The notes: a model not told the origin generated them from the sequence alone. A stretch of DNA of 64,000 bases from Phycisphaerae bacterium (GCA_022072085.1 JAJVII010000018.1:114496-178495), one strand, 5' to 3'; numbered from the stretch's first letter, positions 1-9,770 are shown. Translations and numbers: made by a program.

Positions 1-1152
1 GGAGGTTACGACACACGGCGCAGGAACCCGGAACCCTCCTTTGCAGCCGCGCCACAGCAGCGATTCTCTCGGGCGAATCTGAAGAACGTCGACATAACCG
101 TCGTCGTCCCAGTCAGCCACCACACAAGACCAGGCCTCGCCGACCGGCGCCTGGGCGGCCGGGTCACCCGGCAGCCGCGTGACCTGCCAGCCCTGTGCGG
201 TCAAGGTGAGCAGGCGGGGCCAAGCCATGTCGGCCAGCAGGCCGGGCGACCCATCCTGCGACGGACCGACAGCCCAGAGCGCACGGCAGTCGCCCTCCAA
301 CGGGATGTCAGCCGGCGCGTTGGACGCGACAAATTCCCCGGACGCGTCGGAGAGGCGTACCTTCAGCAACCGTCCATCCCAACTGGCCAGGTCAGCCCGA
401 CCGTCGCCGTTCAGGTCAATCAGAGCCATCGCACGGGAAGACGTGTCTAGACCAGCCGACAGGGTCCGGTCATCGAAGCGCCCGGCAGTCTTGTCATACC
501 CCCAGAGGCGATCGCCGCCGGGACTTGCCGCCAGCAGCAACCCTCCTGACGCGGTCCCTCCGGACAGCGCCGAAATGGCGACCGCCGGCTGCCCGACCTG
601 GCCGACCGGCACGCGCCCCCGCCACTTGACGCCAACGGCAACCGGCACGTCCGCGTCGTCGTCGTGCAGAATGTAGTCGACCATCGGGATCAGCTTGTCG
701 GCCGCTCCGGCCCAGGTCTTCGGCAGGCGCTGATCCCTGAATTCGGTGATTTCATAGCCCCGTCCGGCGACGGACTTGATCTCCATCCAGACCGTCGAGA
801 TCAACATGTAGGAGGACTCTTCCGCCTCGAAGAGCACCACGTCCTGACCTGCCGAGGCCGCCAGGCATTCGCGAGCATCTCTGGCGTCACCCGTCGCGGC
901 GACGGCCAGCGAAAGGCCCACCTCCCGTGACTTGGGCCCCTTGAGAAACCGGGGCTCGGCCAGCCGCCAATGGTCGGCGTCGGCAGCCGCTTCGAGCTTG
1001 CCGGCGACAATGCGGCGGGCGTCGCGGACCAGTTCGACGGGAGTGAAGGAAGGATCGATCAGCGCCAGCGCGGGCCGGCCCATGCAGGCCGTCAGGCTCG
1101 CCAGCAGGCCGAGCCCGGCCAGAGCACGCGGACCTCGCAGGCGGGCGGGCAT
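1..1152 (-). CDS. Secreted FG-GAP/VCBS-repeat protein, runs off the left window edge
   Basis: Not in the ORF track (no stop in window). Manual translation from ATG 1152: signal-like MPARLRGPRALAGLGLLASLTAC, then FG-GAP motifs ALIDLNGDGRADL and VADWDDDGYVDVL. Confidence 0.85.
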   Translation of the reverse strand, partial: MPARLRGPRALAGLGLLASLTACMGRPALALIDPSFTPVELVRDARRIVAGKLEAAADADHWRLAEPRFLKGPKSREVGLSLAVAATGDARDARECLAASAGQDVVLFEAEESSYMLISTVWMEIKSVAGRGYEITEFRDQRLPKTWAGAADKLIPMVDYILHDDDADVPVAVGVKWRGRVPVGQVGQPAVAISALSGGTASGGLLLAASPGGDRLWGYDKTAGRFDDRTLSAGLDTSSRAMALIDLNGDGRADLASWDGRLLKVRLSDASGEFVASNAPADIPLEGDCRALWAVGPSQDGSPGLLADMAWPRLLTLTAQGWQVTRLPGDPAAQAPVGEAWSCVVADWDDDGYVDVLQIRPRESLLWRGCKGGFRVPAPCVVTS

Positions 1153-1153
1153 G

Positions 1154-2242
1154 TCAGCGGACCTCCAGCCCGGGCCGTAGCTGGGCCAGTTCAGCTTTCT
1201 GCGCCTTGGTGACGGTTAGCGAGGCGGGGGTGAGCAGATTGGCGCGGATTTTCGGGTCGGTCAGGATCAGCCGCTTGAGATGGGGCATGTTCTTCCTGTC
1301 GGCGATCAGGGCCCGCAGGCCGGCGAGAGTGACCGTGAACTTCGCGTGTCCGCCGCCGCGGTATTCTATCGCCCAGCCCATCTCCGTGTGAGACAGGTCC
1401 AGTTCTTCGATGGCCAGGTCCCTGAAGTTGGCCAGGCTGGCGTCGCTGAGCGAGCAACTGCCGATCTTGAGGGCTTTCAGGTTCTTCAGCCGGGCCAGGG
1501 CGCTCACGCCGGAACCCGTGATCGCCGGGCAGGAGCCGACTTCCAGCCGCTCAAGGGAAGCAATGCCCGCGGCGTTCACCAGCGCCACGTCGGTGATCGT
1601 CCGCGACAGGTTCATCGTGAGCGTCTTGAGGTGCTTGAGGTCCTGAAGGTATCGGACCCCGACGCCCGTCGCATCGATCATCTCCAGTCGCAGCGTCTGC
1701 ACGGACTGCGACAGGTGGCCCAGGTAGAACAGGCACTCGTCATCCAGGTCCTCCAGGTCGTGGGTGGCCTCGAACTTCTCCAGCTTCTCGAATGCGGCGA
1801 AGTAGCGGTAGTCGGACGGATCCAGGCGGGTGTGCATCTTGCCGATGAACTTGGGCAGGGCCTTTCGCTCCGGCCCGACCGGCTCGCCACGCCGCCACAT
1901 GGCCCCTGACCGCAGGTGGTAGCCGGGGTGAAGCGTCGTCATGGTCCGGATGTCCTCCACGGTGCGCTTCTGCCACGGCTGGACCCAGATGACGTTGCCC
2001 TCCTTGTCCTTGCCGCCCCACGTCATCGGCCATGTTCGCAGGAACGCCAGGGCCTCCTCGGCGGTCGGCTTGACGAACTCCAGGCGGGCCAGTCGGGCCT
2101 CCAGGTCGTCCGGCCGGGTCCGAGGGGCCGGTTCGCCGGCCTGCCGCCCTTCGTTGACAATGATGGGGGAATCCCCCTCTGACCGGCCGGGGGTCGCCAG
2201 ACACAGGGTCGCCAGGATCGCCAGGAGGAATTGACGACGCAT
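1154..2242 (-). CDS. Secreted leucine-rich repeat protein
   Basis: Start MRRQFLLAILATLCLA after an AAGGAG RBS; LRR units LKHLKTLTM, LERLEVGSCPAITGSGV, LKNLKALKIGSCSLSD. Confidence 0.85.
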   Translation of the reverse strand: MRRQFLLAILATLCLATPGRSEGDSPIIVNEGRQAGEPAPRTRPDDLEARLARLEFVKPTAEEALAFLRTWPMTWGGKDKEGNVIWVQPWQKRTVEDIRTMTTLHPGYHLRSGAMWRRGEPVGPERKALPKFIGKMHTRLDPSDYRYFAAFEKLEKFEATHDLEDLDDECLFYLGHLSQSVQTLRLEMIDATGVGVRYLQDLKHLKTLTMNLSRTITDVALVNAAGIASLERLEVGSCPAITGSGVSALARLKNLKALKIGSCSLSDASLANFRDLAIEELDLSHTEMGWAIEYRGGGHAKFTVTLAGLRALIADRKNMPHLKRLILTDPKIRANLLTPASLTVTKAQKAELAQLRPGLEVR

Positions 2243-2325
2243 GCGGTTGCTCCTTTCCAACAGGACGCTTCTGCCTTCCAGTATCGCCGTCAGGTCCCGG
2301 TTCTGCAATTGCCACCCCAGGCACG

Positions 2326-2501
2326 GTCATTTCTTTGGCGACTTCGACTTCCAGGCGGCGTCATGGAACTCGTTGCCGCAGCGCGGAATCATGTCCCTGG
2401 TCATGCTCCGGATGGGCGAGTCGGCTACAAAGACAGGCGGCGGGCAGCATCGGAGCCGCCAGCAGCAGCGCGGCCCCGACGCGATGGGTCGCAGGCGTCA
2501 T
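2326..2501 (-). pseudogene. Probable remnant of a secreted-protein gene
   Basis: GGAGA RBS plus MTPATHRVGAALLLAAPMLPAACLC that stops after 46 aa; a second frame reads ..CGNEFHDAAWKSKSPKK* to 2326. Confidence 0.35.
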
Positions 2502-2598
2502 CCGGGCTCTCCGAATTCTAAACGCGCCTCCCGGCTGCCTGTTTCGCCGCTTGCCGGCAGGAAAGGGCCGCCCCGGGTCGCGCCTCGCCGCCGGGTCC

Positions 2599-2720
2599 GG
2601 CAGCGGCGGCTGCCAGACGCCGTTCGTCGTCGAGGCCCCCGAGCCGACGACGCTGGGCCTGCTCCTGCTGGGCGGCCTGGGGCTGTGCGACGGCCTCCGC
2701 CGGCGGCGGCGGGGCTTGAA
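2599..2720 (+). pseudogene. Orphan PEP-CTERM sorting tail without a gene body
   Basis: GSGGCQTPFVVEAPEPTTLGLLLLGGLGLCDGLRRRRR; 2638-2681 is 42/44 nt identical to both 11217-11260 and 12867-12910. Confidence 0.75.
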
Positions 2721-2819
2721 CGCCGAGCCGCCCGGGCGTATTCTGCCCGGCGGCTGATGCGGCGCCGTCCTCGTCTGCGCTGCCAGTCAGGCGAGCCACA
2801 CCTTCCCCGGAGACATGCC

Positions 2820-4853
2820 GTGGCCCATCATCGCAATCGGTCGGTCGTTTGCTGCTTCGCGCTGATCGTCGCCCTGGCCGGCCTGCCGGCGCCGACGTCG
2901 CGTGGCGCCGACGACGCCCCCGCGCCCGCGCTGACGATGCGCCTGGACCCAGCCGACGGCCAGGCCCTCGCGGCCCCGGCGCCGGTCACGTTCGGCGTCG
3001 TCTTCCGCCCCGGGCAGATTCCCGCAGGCGCGTCGGCCGTTGTCGAACTGGACGGCAAAGCCGTCGCGGCCCAAGTCGACGCCAAACGACATTTCGCCGA
3101 CGGCTCGCTCAAGCACGCGGTGGTTTCGATGGTCCTGCCGAGCCTGGCGGCGGATGGATCAGCCATGACCTTCGCCGCCGGCAAGTCACGGGCGGCGAAG
3201 ATCGACCCGGCCGAGGTCGCAAAGAAACTGCTCGCGGGCGACTTCGATGCGGCCATCCGCTTCAAGGTTCCCGAGGGCAAGACCGTGTCAGCCAGCGCGC
3301 GGAAGATGCTCGAAGCCGCCGGCGACAAGGCGGCGCTCTGGCTTGGCGGGCCGGTCGCGGTCGAGTGGCTGCTCTCGGGCCCGCCGGTTGACGAACAGGG
3401 CGCCGCCGATGCGGACCTGAACGTCGCCTTCCACGTCCGCTACTACCCGGCCCTGGGGCTGGCCCGCGTGTCGGCGATCGTCGAGCTGTGCAGCGACGGC
3501 GGCAGCGACGGCGGGCTGAACTATGACGTGACGATCACCCGCGGCCGCGCCAAGCCCGAAGCCGTCTTCGAGCAGCAGGCCGTCGCCCAGCCGGACATGA
3601 CCCGCTGGCGGAAGGTGTTCTGGGTGGGCGGCCAGCCGGCGGGCCTAGAGGTGCGCCACGACGCCCGTGCGATGGCGGCCGCGGGCGTGATCCCGCAGTT
3701 CGATTTCAGCCAGGACGTCGCACCGGCCAAGGTCGAGCTGCTCAAGCACTGGGAAGGCGCCAGGACCGGGCTGTTCCAGAACGGCCTGATCACGACCTAC
3801 ATGCCGATGACCGGCGGGCGCGGCGACCTGGGCGTGCTGCCGCAGTGGACGACGGTCTACCTGATGACGATGGACCCGAAGGTCAAGCGGATCGTGCTGG
3901 AGAACGACGAACTGTCCGGCGGCATCCCGATTCACGCCCGCGAGCGAGCGACCGGCCGCGTGCCCTTCTACGCCGATCACAAGATGCTCTGGCTGTGCGA
4001 CGGACGGGCCGGGCGCTGGGGCACGCAGAAATGGCGGAGCAGGCCCAACCCGCCGCGCGCCGAGCCGCCGATCAAGAGCCTCTTCGTGCCCGACCCGGCG
4101 CACCTGCCCGGACTCTGCTACGTCTCCTACGTCGTCACCGGCGACTACTGGGACCTGGAGGAGAACTGGTTCTGGTCGACCTATGTGCTCTACAGCGACA
4201 ACCCGGGCTATGCCCGCGGCGTGATCATCGGCCAGCTTCGTGGCATCGCCTGGAGCCTGCGGACGCTGGCGCTGACCGCTGCGATCAGCCCGGACGGCCT
4301 GCCCGAGACGGCCGAGTTCACCGCCCGGACCGACGCGGCCCTTGCGGCATTCCACAAGTGGCTCGACGACAAGGCCATGCCCCTGGGCATGCTCACGCCG
4401 CACTCCGGCGGCGGGGTCGTCAACTACGCCCCCTGGCAACACGACCACATGATCATGGCCACCGACGCGGCGGCTGAGGCCGGCTTCAAGGAGGCCGTCC
4501 GGCTCCGCTCGCGACTGCTGGAGTTCTCCATCGGTCGCTTCACGCACCCGGACGAGTTCGACCCGCACTTCGGCTGCGGCTACTGGTGGACGGTCGGCAA
4601 GAGCGAGCGCGAGATGACGGTCAAGACCTGGAAGGACCTGTTCGCGGCCAACTGCGAAGGCAAGAAGGCCGACATGGCCGACTACGCCGGCGGATACGCC
4701 GACCTGGCGATCGCGGCGACGTCGATCGGCGTGCGGGTGGGCCAGCCCGACGCCCGCAAGGCGCTGGATTTCCTCAAGGAGAACTCGCACGGCGTCTTCC
4801 CCGGACGATCGCGCACGCCGGTCTTTGCCTACAGCACGGTCCCGGTCCGCTAG
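2820..4853 (+). CDS. Secreted hypothetical protein, possible polysaccharide lyase-like (PcRGLX/YetA-like N-terminus)
   Basis: GTG 2820 after GGAGA; signal peptide; PVTFGVVFRPG..DGSLKH N-terminal motif; aromatic-rich helical C-terminal half. Function is tentative. Confidence 0.6.
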   Translation: MAHHRNRSVVCCFALIVALAGLPAPTSRGADDAPAPALTMRLDPADGQALAAPAPVTFGVVFRPGQIPAGASAVVELDGKAVAAQVDAKRHFADGSLKHAVVSMVLPSLAADGSAMTFAAGKSRAAKIDPAEVAKKLLAGDFDAAIRFKVPEGKTVSASARKMLEAAGDKAALWLGGPVAVEWLLSGPPVDEQGAADADLNVAFHVRYYPALGLARVSAIVELCSDGGSDGGLNYDVTITRGRAKPEAVFEQQAVAQPDMTRWRKVFWVGGQPAGLEVRHDARAMAAAGVIPQFDFSQDVAPAKVELLKHWEGARTGLFQNGLITTYMPMTGGRGDLGVLPQWTTVYLMTMDPKVKRIVLENDELSGGIPIHARERATGRVPFYADHKMLWLCDGRAGRWGTQKWRSRPNPPRAEPPIKSLFVPDPAHLPGLCYVSYVVTGDYWDLEENWFWSTYVLYSDNPGYARGVIIGQLRGIAWSLRTLALTAAISPDGLPETAEFTARTDAALAAFHKWLDDKAMPLGMLTPHSGGGVVNYAPWQHDHMIMATDAAAEAGFKEAVRLRSRLLEFSIGRFTHPDEFDPHFGCGYWWTVGKSEREMTVKTWKDLFAANCEGKKADMADYAGGYADLAIAATSIGVRVGQPDARKALDFLKENSHGVFPGRSRTPVFAYSTVPVR

Positions 4854-4878
4854 ACGCCGGCGTACGGAGGTCCGCCCC

Positions 4879-5529
4879 ATGCTGATCGACCTCAGCCATA
4901 CCGTCGAGCACGGGATGGTCACCTATCGCGGCCTGCCCGCGCCGCTGATCTGCGACTTCATGAGCCGCGAGGCGTCGCGCGAGCACTACGCCCCCGGCAC
5001 CGAGTTCCACATCGGCCGCATCGACATGGTCGCCAACACCGGCACCTATCTCGACTCGCCGTTCCACCGCTACGCGGATGGCCAGGACCTCTCGCAGATT
5101 CCGCTGACCTCGCTGGCGGACCTGGAAACGGTGGTCGTGCCGGCGCCCCCCGGGCAGCGGGCGATCGACGCCGCCTGCTTCGACGGGCTGAAGGTCGAGG
5201 GCAAGGCCGTCCTGGTCGCGACCGGATGGGACCGTCACTGGCGGACGGATCAATACTTCGAGGGCCACCCCTTCCTGACCCGCGACGCGGCCGAGCGGCT
5301 GCGCGACGCCGCGGCGGCGCTGGTCGGCATCGATTCGCTGAACATCGACGACACGGCCGACCTGACGCGCCCGGCCCACAGCCTGCTGCTGGGCGCCCAG
5401 ATCCCCGTCTGCGAGCACATGCGCGGGCTGACGCAACTGCCCGACGCCGATCTGCGGTTCTTCGCCGTGCCGGTGAAGGTGAAGAACTTCGGAACGTTCC
5501 CGGTGCGGGCCTTCGCGATCGCCCGCTGA
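4879..5529 (+). CDS. Cyclase family protein (kynurenine formamidase-like)
   Basis: MLIDLSH, NTGTYLDSPFH, VGIDSLNID, CEH, FPVRAFA; GGAGG RBS. Confidence 0.9.
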   Translation: MLIDLSHTVEHGMVTYRGLPAPLICDFMSREASREHYAPGTEFHIGRIDMVANTGTYLDSPFHRYADGQDLSQIPLTSLADLETVVVPAPPGQRAIDAACFDGLKVEGKAVLVATGWDRHWRTDQYFEGHPFLTRDAAERLRDAAAALVGIDSLNIDDTADLTRPAHSLLLGAQIPVCEHMRGLTQLPDADLRFFAVPVKVKNFGTFPVRAFAIAR

Positions 5530-5636
5530 CCGCCGCAGCGCACCCGCGACGACGGGGATTTGCCCGCCGGCTGGCGGCGCGGTAAGCTGCGTTCTTGCCG
5601 AACCCGTTGTCCTCATCATCGAAAGCGAGACCACCG

Positions 5637-8258
5637 ATGTGCCATGCCCGTCGCCGCGGAGCGGAAGTCTTCGCGGCTGTCGTTGTCGCCCTCTGCGCGC
5701 TCACGCCTCCCCTGTCGCAGCCGGCCCGCGCAGCCGACCCAGCGGCGGCATCGCCCGCGGGCGTTGCGCTGCTGACGCAGGAGAGCCCCTGGCGGTGGCA
5801 CATCGCCATGCGCAAGCCGCTGATCCTGACCGGCAAGGCGGACGCGGCGCCCGAGTATCTGCCCATCGTCAAGCTCCACGGCGGCCGTGGCACGCCGGAC
5901 ATCCAGTTCCTGGACACCGCCCCGCCGGACGCGGCCTGGTCCGCAAGCGACTTCGACGACACCGACTGGCCGCGCAGCCGCGGCAGCATCGACGAACCCA
6001 ACCTTTGCGTCGGCCTGCTCTGCCTGCGAGGCCGGTTCCAGGTGGCCGACCCGGCCGCCGTCACGTCGCTGAAACTGGAGATGAAGTTCCGCGGCGGCGT
6101 GATCGTCTATCTCAACGGAAAGGAGATCGCCCGGTCGCACCTGTCAGCCGGCGCCGTGAAGCTGACCGAGCCCGGCGAAGCCTACCCCGACACGGCCTGG
6201 GTGGACGCCGCCGGCAAGGCGCTGCCCATCCCCCGGTTCGCCAAGGGCGACGAGGTCGCACGCATCGCGACGCGCGACCGCACGCTGCCGCCCCTGGACA
6301 TCCCGGCTGATAGGCTGCGCAAGGGCACGAACGTGCTGGCCGTCGAGCTGCACCGCAGCGACTACCACCCCGCGGGGACCGGCTGGTGGGCGGCGGCCAA
6401 CATGGTCCAGGGCATCACGCGGCAGTGGACGCCGGTCGGGCTGCTCGAACTGCACTTGTCGGCTGAGGGGAGCGGCGCCGCGGCGGCAAAGGAGGCCTTC
6501 GCCAAGCCGGCCGTCTGGACTGCGGACCTCAACAGCCGCATCGAGGACGTGCCGATGCCCGACTCGGACGAGTTGCTTCCGATGCGGATCGTGGGCGCCC
6601 GCAACGGCGTCTTCTCGGGCATGGCCGTGGTCTCCAACGCCGGCCCGGTCAAGGGCGTCAAGGCCGAGGCCGGCGAGTTGAACGGGCCGGCTGGCAAAAT
6701 CCCGGCGTCGGCGGTCGCTGCCCGCTACATGCTCTTCGCCCGCTGCCCGTCCGACTCGACGGGGGGCGGAAGAGGCGCTTACTACTTCAACCCGCTGACC
6801 GAACAGCCGCCGGGCGAGGTCGAGCCGCTGACCCGCGTCAAGTCGCCCTTTGCGGCCGTGCCGATCGTGCTGACCGTGCGCGTGCCGCGCGACGCCGTGC
6901 CCGGCGACTACGCGGGCGAGCTGCGCGTGTCGGCGGAGGGCCTGCCGCCGACGGCCGTGCCCGTGCGGCTGCACGTGGCCGACTGGACGCTGCCGGACCC
7001 GCTCGAGTTGCGGGCGCGGGTGGGCCTGTTCCAGTCGCCGACCTCCGTGGCGATGCACTACGGCGTGAAGGAGTGGTCCGAGGAGCACTGGAAGCTGCTG
7101 GAAAAGTCCTTCGCGATGCTCGGCCAGGTCGGCGCGGACATCGTCAACATCCCGATCGTGGAGCGGACGCAGTTCGGCAACAACGAGGGGATGATCACCT
7201 GGATCCGCAAGCCCGACGGGAGCTACGACCATGACTTCACAGTCTTCGAGCAATACCTCAAGCTGGTGAAGAAGCACCTGGGCTCGCCGCGCGTCGTGGC
7301 GCTGCACGTCTGGCACCCGGGCACGTGGAAGGTCCGCGACCCGGACGAGGAGAACACCGTCACGCTGCTCGACGCAGCCACGGGCAAGCGCGAGCACTTG
7401 CAGGTGCCGGTCTTCGGGACCGAGGCGAGCAAGGCGTTCTTCAAGCCGGTGCTGGAGGGCTGCCGCCAGCGGCTGGCGAAGGAGGGAATGGACAAGTCGA
7501 TGGCCCTGGGCATCCTCTGCGACGCGACCGCGCCGCCGGAGGTCTTCAAGGAGTTCGAGGAAATCGCCCCCGGAGCCGGCTGGACCCGCGGCTGCCACAG
7601 TGTGACCTTCTCGCCTGAACCCTACCCGCTCAAGGGCGGCGGGGTCTGCGTCTATCACGAATTCTGCTACGGGTTGAGCCTGGCCGACCCGGCCAAGGGA
7701 CTGCCTCGGATCTGGGAGGCCAACGGGCCCGGCGTCGCGTGGTTCCGCGGCGAGTACGATTACCGCCTCTGCCCGTACATCTACCGCACGATGATCGAGC
7801 GCGGGCTGGACTGCCGCACCAGCGGCGCCGGGCGGATGGGCCTGGACTTCTGGGGCGTGCCGGCCAACGAGGACGCCCGCAGGAAGGGACGCCTCGACTG
7901 CATCTTCAACCGCTGGCCGAACTCCTCGGTAGCCGGCCACGGCGACCCGACCATCACCTGCCTGGCCCACCCCGGGCCCGACGGGGCCCAGGCGACCGTC
8001 CGCTTCGAGCTGTTCCGCGAGGGGCTCCAGGAATCCGAAGCGATGATCCGCATCGCCGAGGCCCAGGACAAGCACGCCGACCGGCTGGGCAAGGAACTGA
8101 CCGACCGCTGCCGCAGAATCTTCGTCGATCGCATGAACATGTACCGCCTCAGCCAGGCGGTCTCGGAGGAGTTCTACGGCGGCTGGCAGAGCCGGTCGGC
8201 CGATCTCTACGCGACGGCTGCCGAGGTGGCCGGGAAGTTGAAGTCCGACGGCCAATGA
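5637..8258 (+). CDS. Secreted glycoside hydrolase-like protein (GH123-like) with N-terminal galactose-binding-like domain
   Basis: Signal peptide; WSASDFDDTDW, VYLNGKEI and LRKGTNVLAVELH beta-sandwich motifs; GARNGVFSG, PGDYAGELRV, VADWTLP, RFELFREGLQESE. Confidence 0.6.
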   Translation: MCHARRRGAEVFAAVVVALCALTPPLSQPARAADPAAASPAGVALLTQESPWRWHIAMRKPLILTGKADAAPEYLPIVKLHGGRGTPDIQFLDTAPPDAAWSASDFDDTDWPRSRGSIDEPNLCVGLLCLRGRFQVADPAAVTSLKLEMKFRGGVIVYLNGKEIARSHLSAGAVKLTEPGEAYPDTAWVDAAGKALPIPRFAKGDEVARIATRDRTLPPLDIPADRLRKGTNVLAVELHRSDYHPAGTGWWAAANMVQGITRQWTPVGLLELHLSAEGSGAAAAKEAFAKPAVWTADLNSRIEDVPMPDSDELLPMRIVGARNGVFSGMAVVSNAGPVKGVKAEAGELNGPAGKIPASAVAARYMLFARCPSDSTGGGRGAYYFNPLTEQPPGEVEPLTRVKSPFAAVPIVLTVRVPRDAVPGDYAGELRVSAEGLPPTAVPVRLHVADWTLPDPLELRARVGLFQSPTSVAMHYGVKEWSEEHWKLLEKSFAMLGQVGADIVNIPIVERTQFGNNEGMITWIRKPDGSYDHDFTVFEQYLKLVKKHLGSPRVVALHVWHPGTWKVRDPDEENTVTLLDAATGKREHLQVPVFGTEASKAFFKPVLEGCRQRLAKEGMDKSMALGILCDATAPPEVFKEFEEIAPGAGWTRGCHSVTFSPEPYPLKGGGVCVYHEFCYGLSLADPAKGLPRIWEANGPGVAWFRGEYDYRLCPYIYRTMIERGLDCRTSGAGRMGLDFWGVPANEDARRKGRLDCIFNRWPNSSVAGHGDPTITCLAHPGPDGAQATVRFELFREGLQESEAMIRIAEAQDKHADRLGKELTDRCRRIFVDRMNMYRLSQAVSEEFYGGWQSRSADLYATAAEVAGKLKSDGQ

Positions 8259-8285
8259 CCCCGGCGACAAGGTGAGAATCGCGGC

Positions 8286-9395
8286 ATGGCCCGCAAACGC
8301 AAGACAGGCGCAAGCGCGTCGGACGACCTGACCCCCGAGCAGGCGGCGTCGCTGCTGCGCTCGCGTCTGCGGTTCTACCTGCCGGGTTCCAAGCTGCCCG
8401 GGCGGGCGGCGCTGGCCGAGCAACTCGGCGTAAGCACCTACGTTTCGCGCCGCGCGGTGGAGCTGCTGGCCGAGCAGGGGCTGCTCAAGCTCTCGTCGCC
8501 CGGCGGCGCGTTCGTCACGCCCAAGGCCGCCGCGGTGGAGGCCATCCGCGCCATCCACATCCTGGCCAGCGCCATGCCCAACCAGCACTTCCACGAGCAG
8601 GAATTCCTGCTGGGCGCCAAACAGGCGTGCCTCGCCGGCGGGCTGCGGTTCCGGGTGACCGAGCTGGCCGGACGTGCGATAACGCCCGACCTGCCCGACC
8701 AACTGGCAGCCGGCGAGGACCCGCTCCAGACCGGATGGGCGCTGCTGGATCGGGCCCCGCCGGATTCGACGCTGCGTTCGTGGCAGGCCCGCGGCGTGCC
8801 GGCGGTGCTGGTCAACGCCGAGGCCGGCGTCGAAACGCACACCATCCGCACCAGCGGTCGCGAGGCGATTCACCTGGCAACCGAGCGCCTCATCCTGCTG
8901 GGCCATCGCCGCATCGCCTTCGCCGGCGCCGAGCCAGGGTTCTCCCCCATCGCGCAGTTGCGCTATGAAGGCTTCGAGCTGGCCATCGGCCGCCACGGGC
9001 TGGCCGACTCGTGCGAGTCGGTCCTTTGGGACGGCCGGCGGCAGTCGCGCGAGAAGATCCGCGGATTGCTGGCCGACCTGCTGGCCCGCCCGGATCGTCC
9101 GACCGCACTCGTGGTCGACAACCAACTCAACGGCTGCGACGCGCTGGCGGTCTGCGACGCGATGGGCCTGAAGATTCCCGCGCACGTCAGCGTGATCAGC
9201 GGGGGCATCGGCCGGCGGGTGATCCCGCCGATGGTCGAGCGGCTGACCCGCTACGACGAGGGGACCTCCGAAGAACAGAGCCACATGGTGGTGGAGTTCT
9301 TCGCGAACTACTTCAATCACCGCCAGCCAGTGCATCTTCTGCAAGGTACAAAGTTTGTAGACGCCGGCTCGATCGGCCCGCCGGACGGCGCATGA
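8286..9395 (+). CDS. GntR-type wHTH + LacI-type sugar-binding transcriptional regulator (AraR-like architecture)
   Basis: PGSKLPGRAALAEQLGVS..RRAVELLAEQGLL; LGHRRIAF, RYEGF, RPTAL, GLKIPAHVSVI. Confidence 0.9.
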   Translation: MARKRKTGASASDDLTPEQAASLLRSRLRFYLPGSKLPGRAALAEQLGVSTYVSRRAVELLAEQGLLKLSSPGGAFVTPKAAAVEAIRAIHILASAMPNQHFHEQEFLLGAKQACLAGGLRFRVTELAGRAITPDLPDQLAAGEDPLQTGWALLDRAPPDSTLRSWQARGVPAVLVNAEAGVETHTIRTSGREAIHLATERLILLGHRRIAFAGAEPGFSPIAQLRYEGFELAIGRHGLADSCESVLWDGRRQSREKIRGLLADLLARPDRPTALVVDNQLNGCDALAVCDAMGLKIPAHVSVISGGIGRRVIPPMVERLTRYDEGTSEEQSHMVVEFFANYFNHRQPVHLLQGTKFVDAGSIGPPDGA

Positions 9396-9621
9396 CCCGG
9401 CCACCCGCGGTCGGCATGTTGATTCTCGTGAACCCGTCCATTACTACACAACCACATATCTGACAATACATTACATATCACACATCCCGTCACGGGCGAA
9501 ATGTGTTGATAGCGGTCAACATACATGCTCTGCTCTCTGATTTAGACGTTGCCCAAGAGAGATTCCACAAAGCGTTATAAAAAAATGATTTAAGAAGACT
9601 CCGCAGGTCGGGAGTTGGCGA

Positions 9622-9637
9622 TGGTACGCCGTTTGCT
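9622..9637 (+). promoter_or_regulatory. Sigma-54 (-24/-12) promoter of the PEP-CTERM genes
   Basis: TGGTACG-CCGT-TTGCT matches TGGYACG-N4-TTGCW with GG-N10-GC spacing; IHF-like site at 9578-9590 and a palindrome at 9504-9521 upstream. Confidence 0.8.
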
Positions 9638-9770
9638 ACTTAATTGATGTGATGGTTTTCCTCTGAGGCGCATGGGCGCCCCTCGGGGGTTCCTGATTGG
9701 CACAGCGGCTCATGAGAATAGAGAGATTCGCGTTTTGACTGAGGCCGGAGACGGCCAGGAGGTTCGAGTC

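Noticed and set aside
2241-2819. N-terminal extensions of ORF-track calls (also 13164, 25540, 38165, 47102, 48542, 54223)
   Set aside because: Low-information sequence, often overlapping neighbours; downstream starts have an RBS, a signal peptide or a family N-terminus.
6144-9404. Very long antisense ORFs (also 13296-16265, 19007-20989, 54556-57459, 10533-12482)
   Set aside because: Shadow frames of well-supported opposite-strand genes in high-GC DNA; no motifs.
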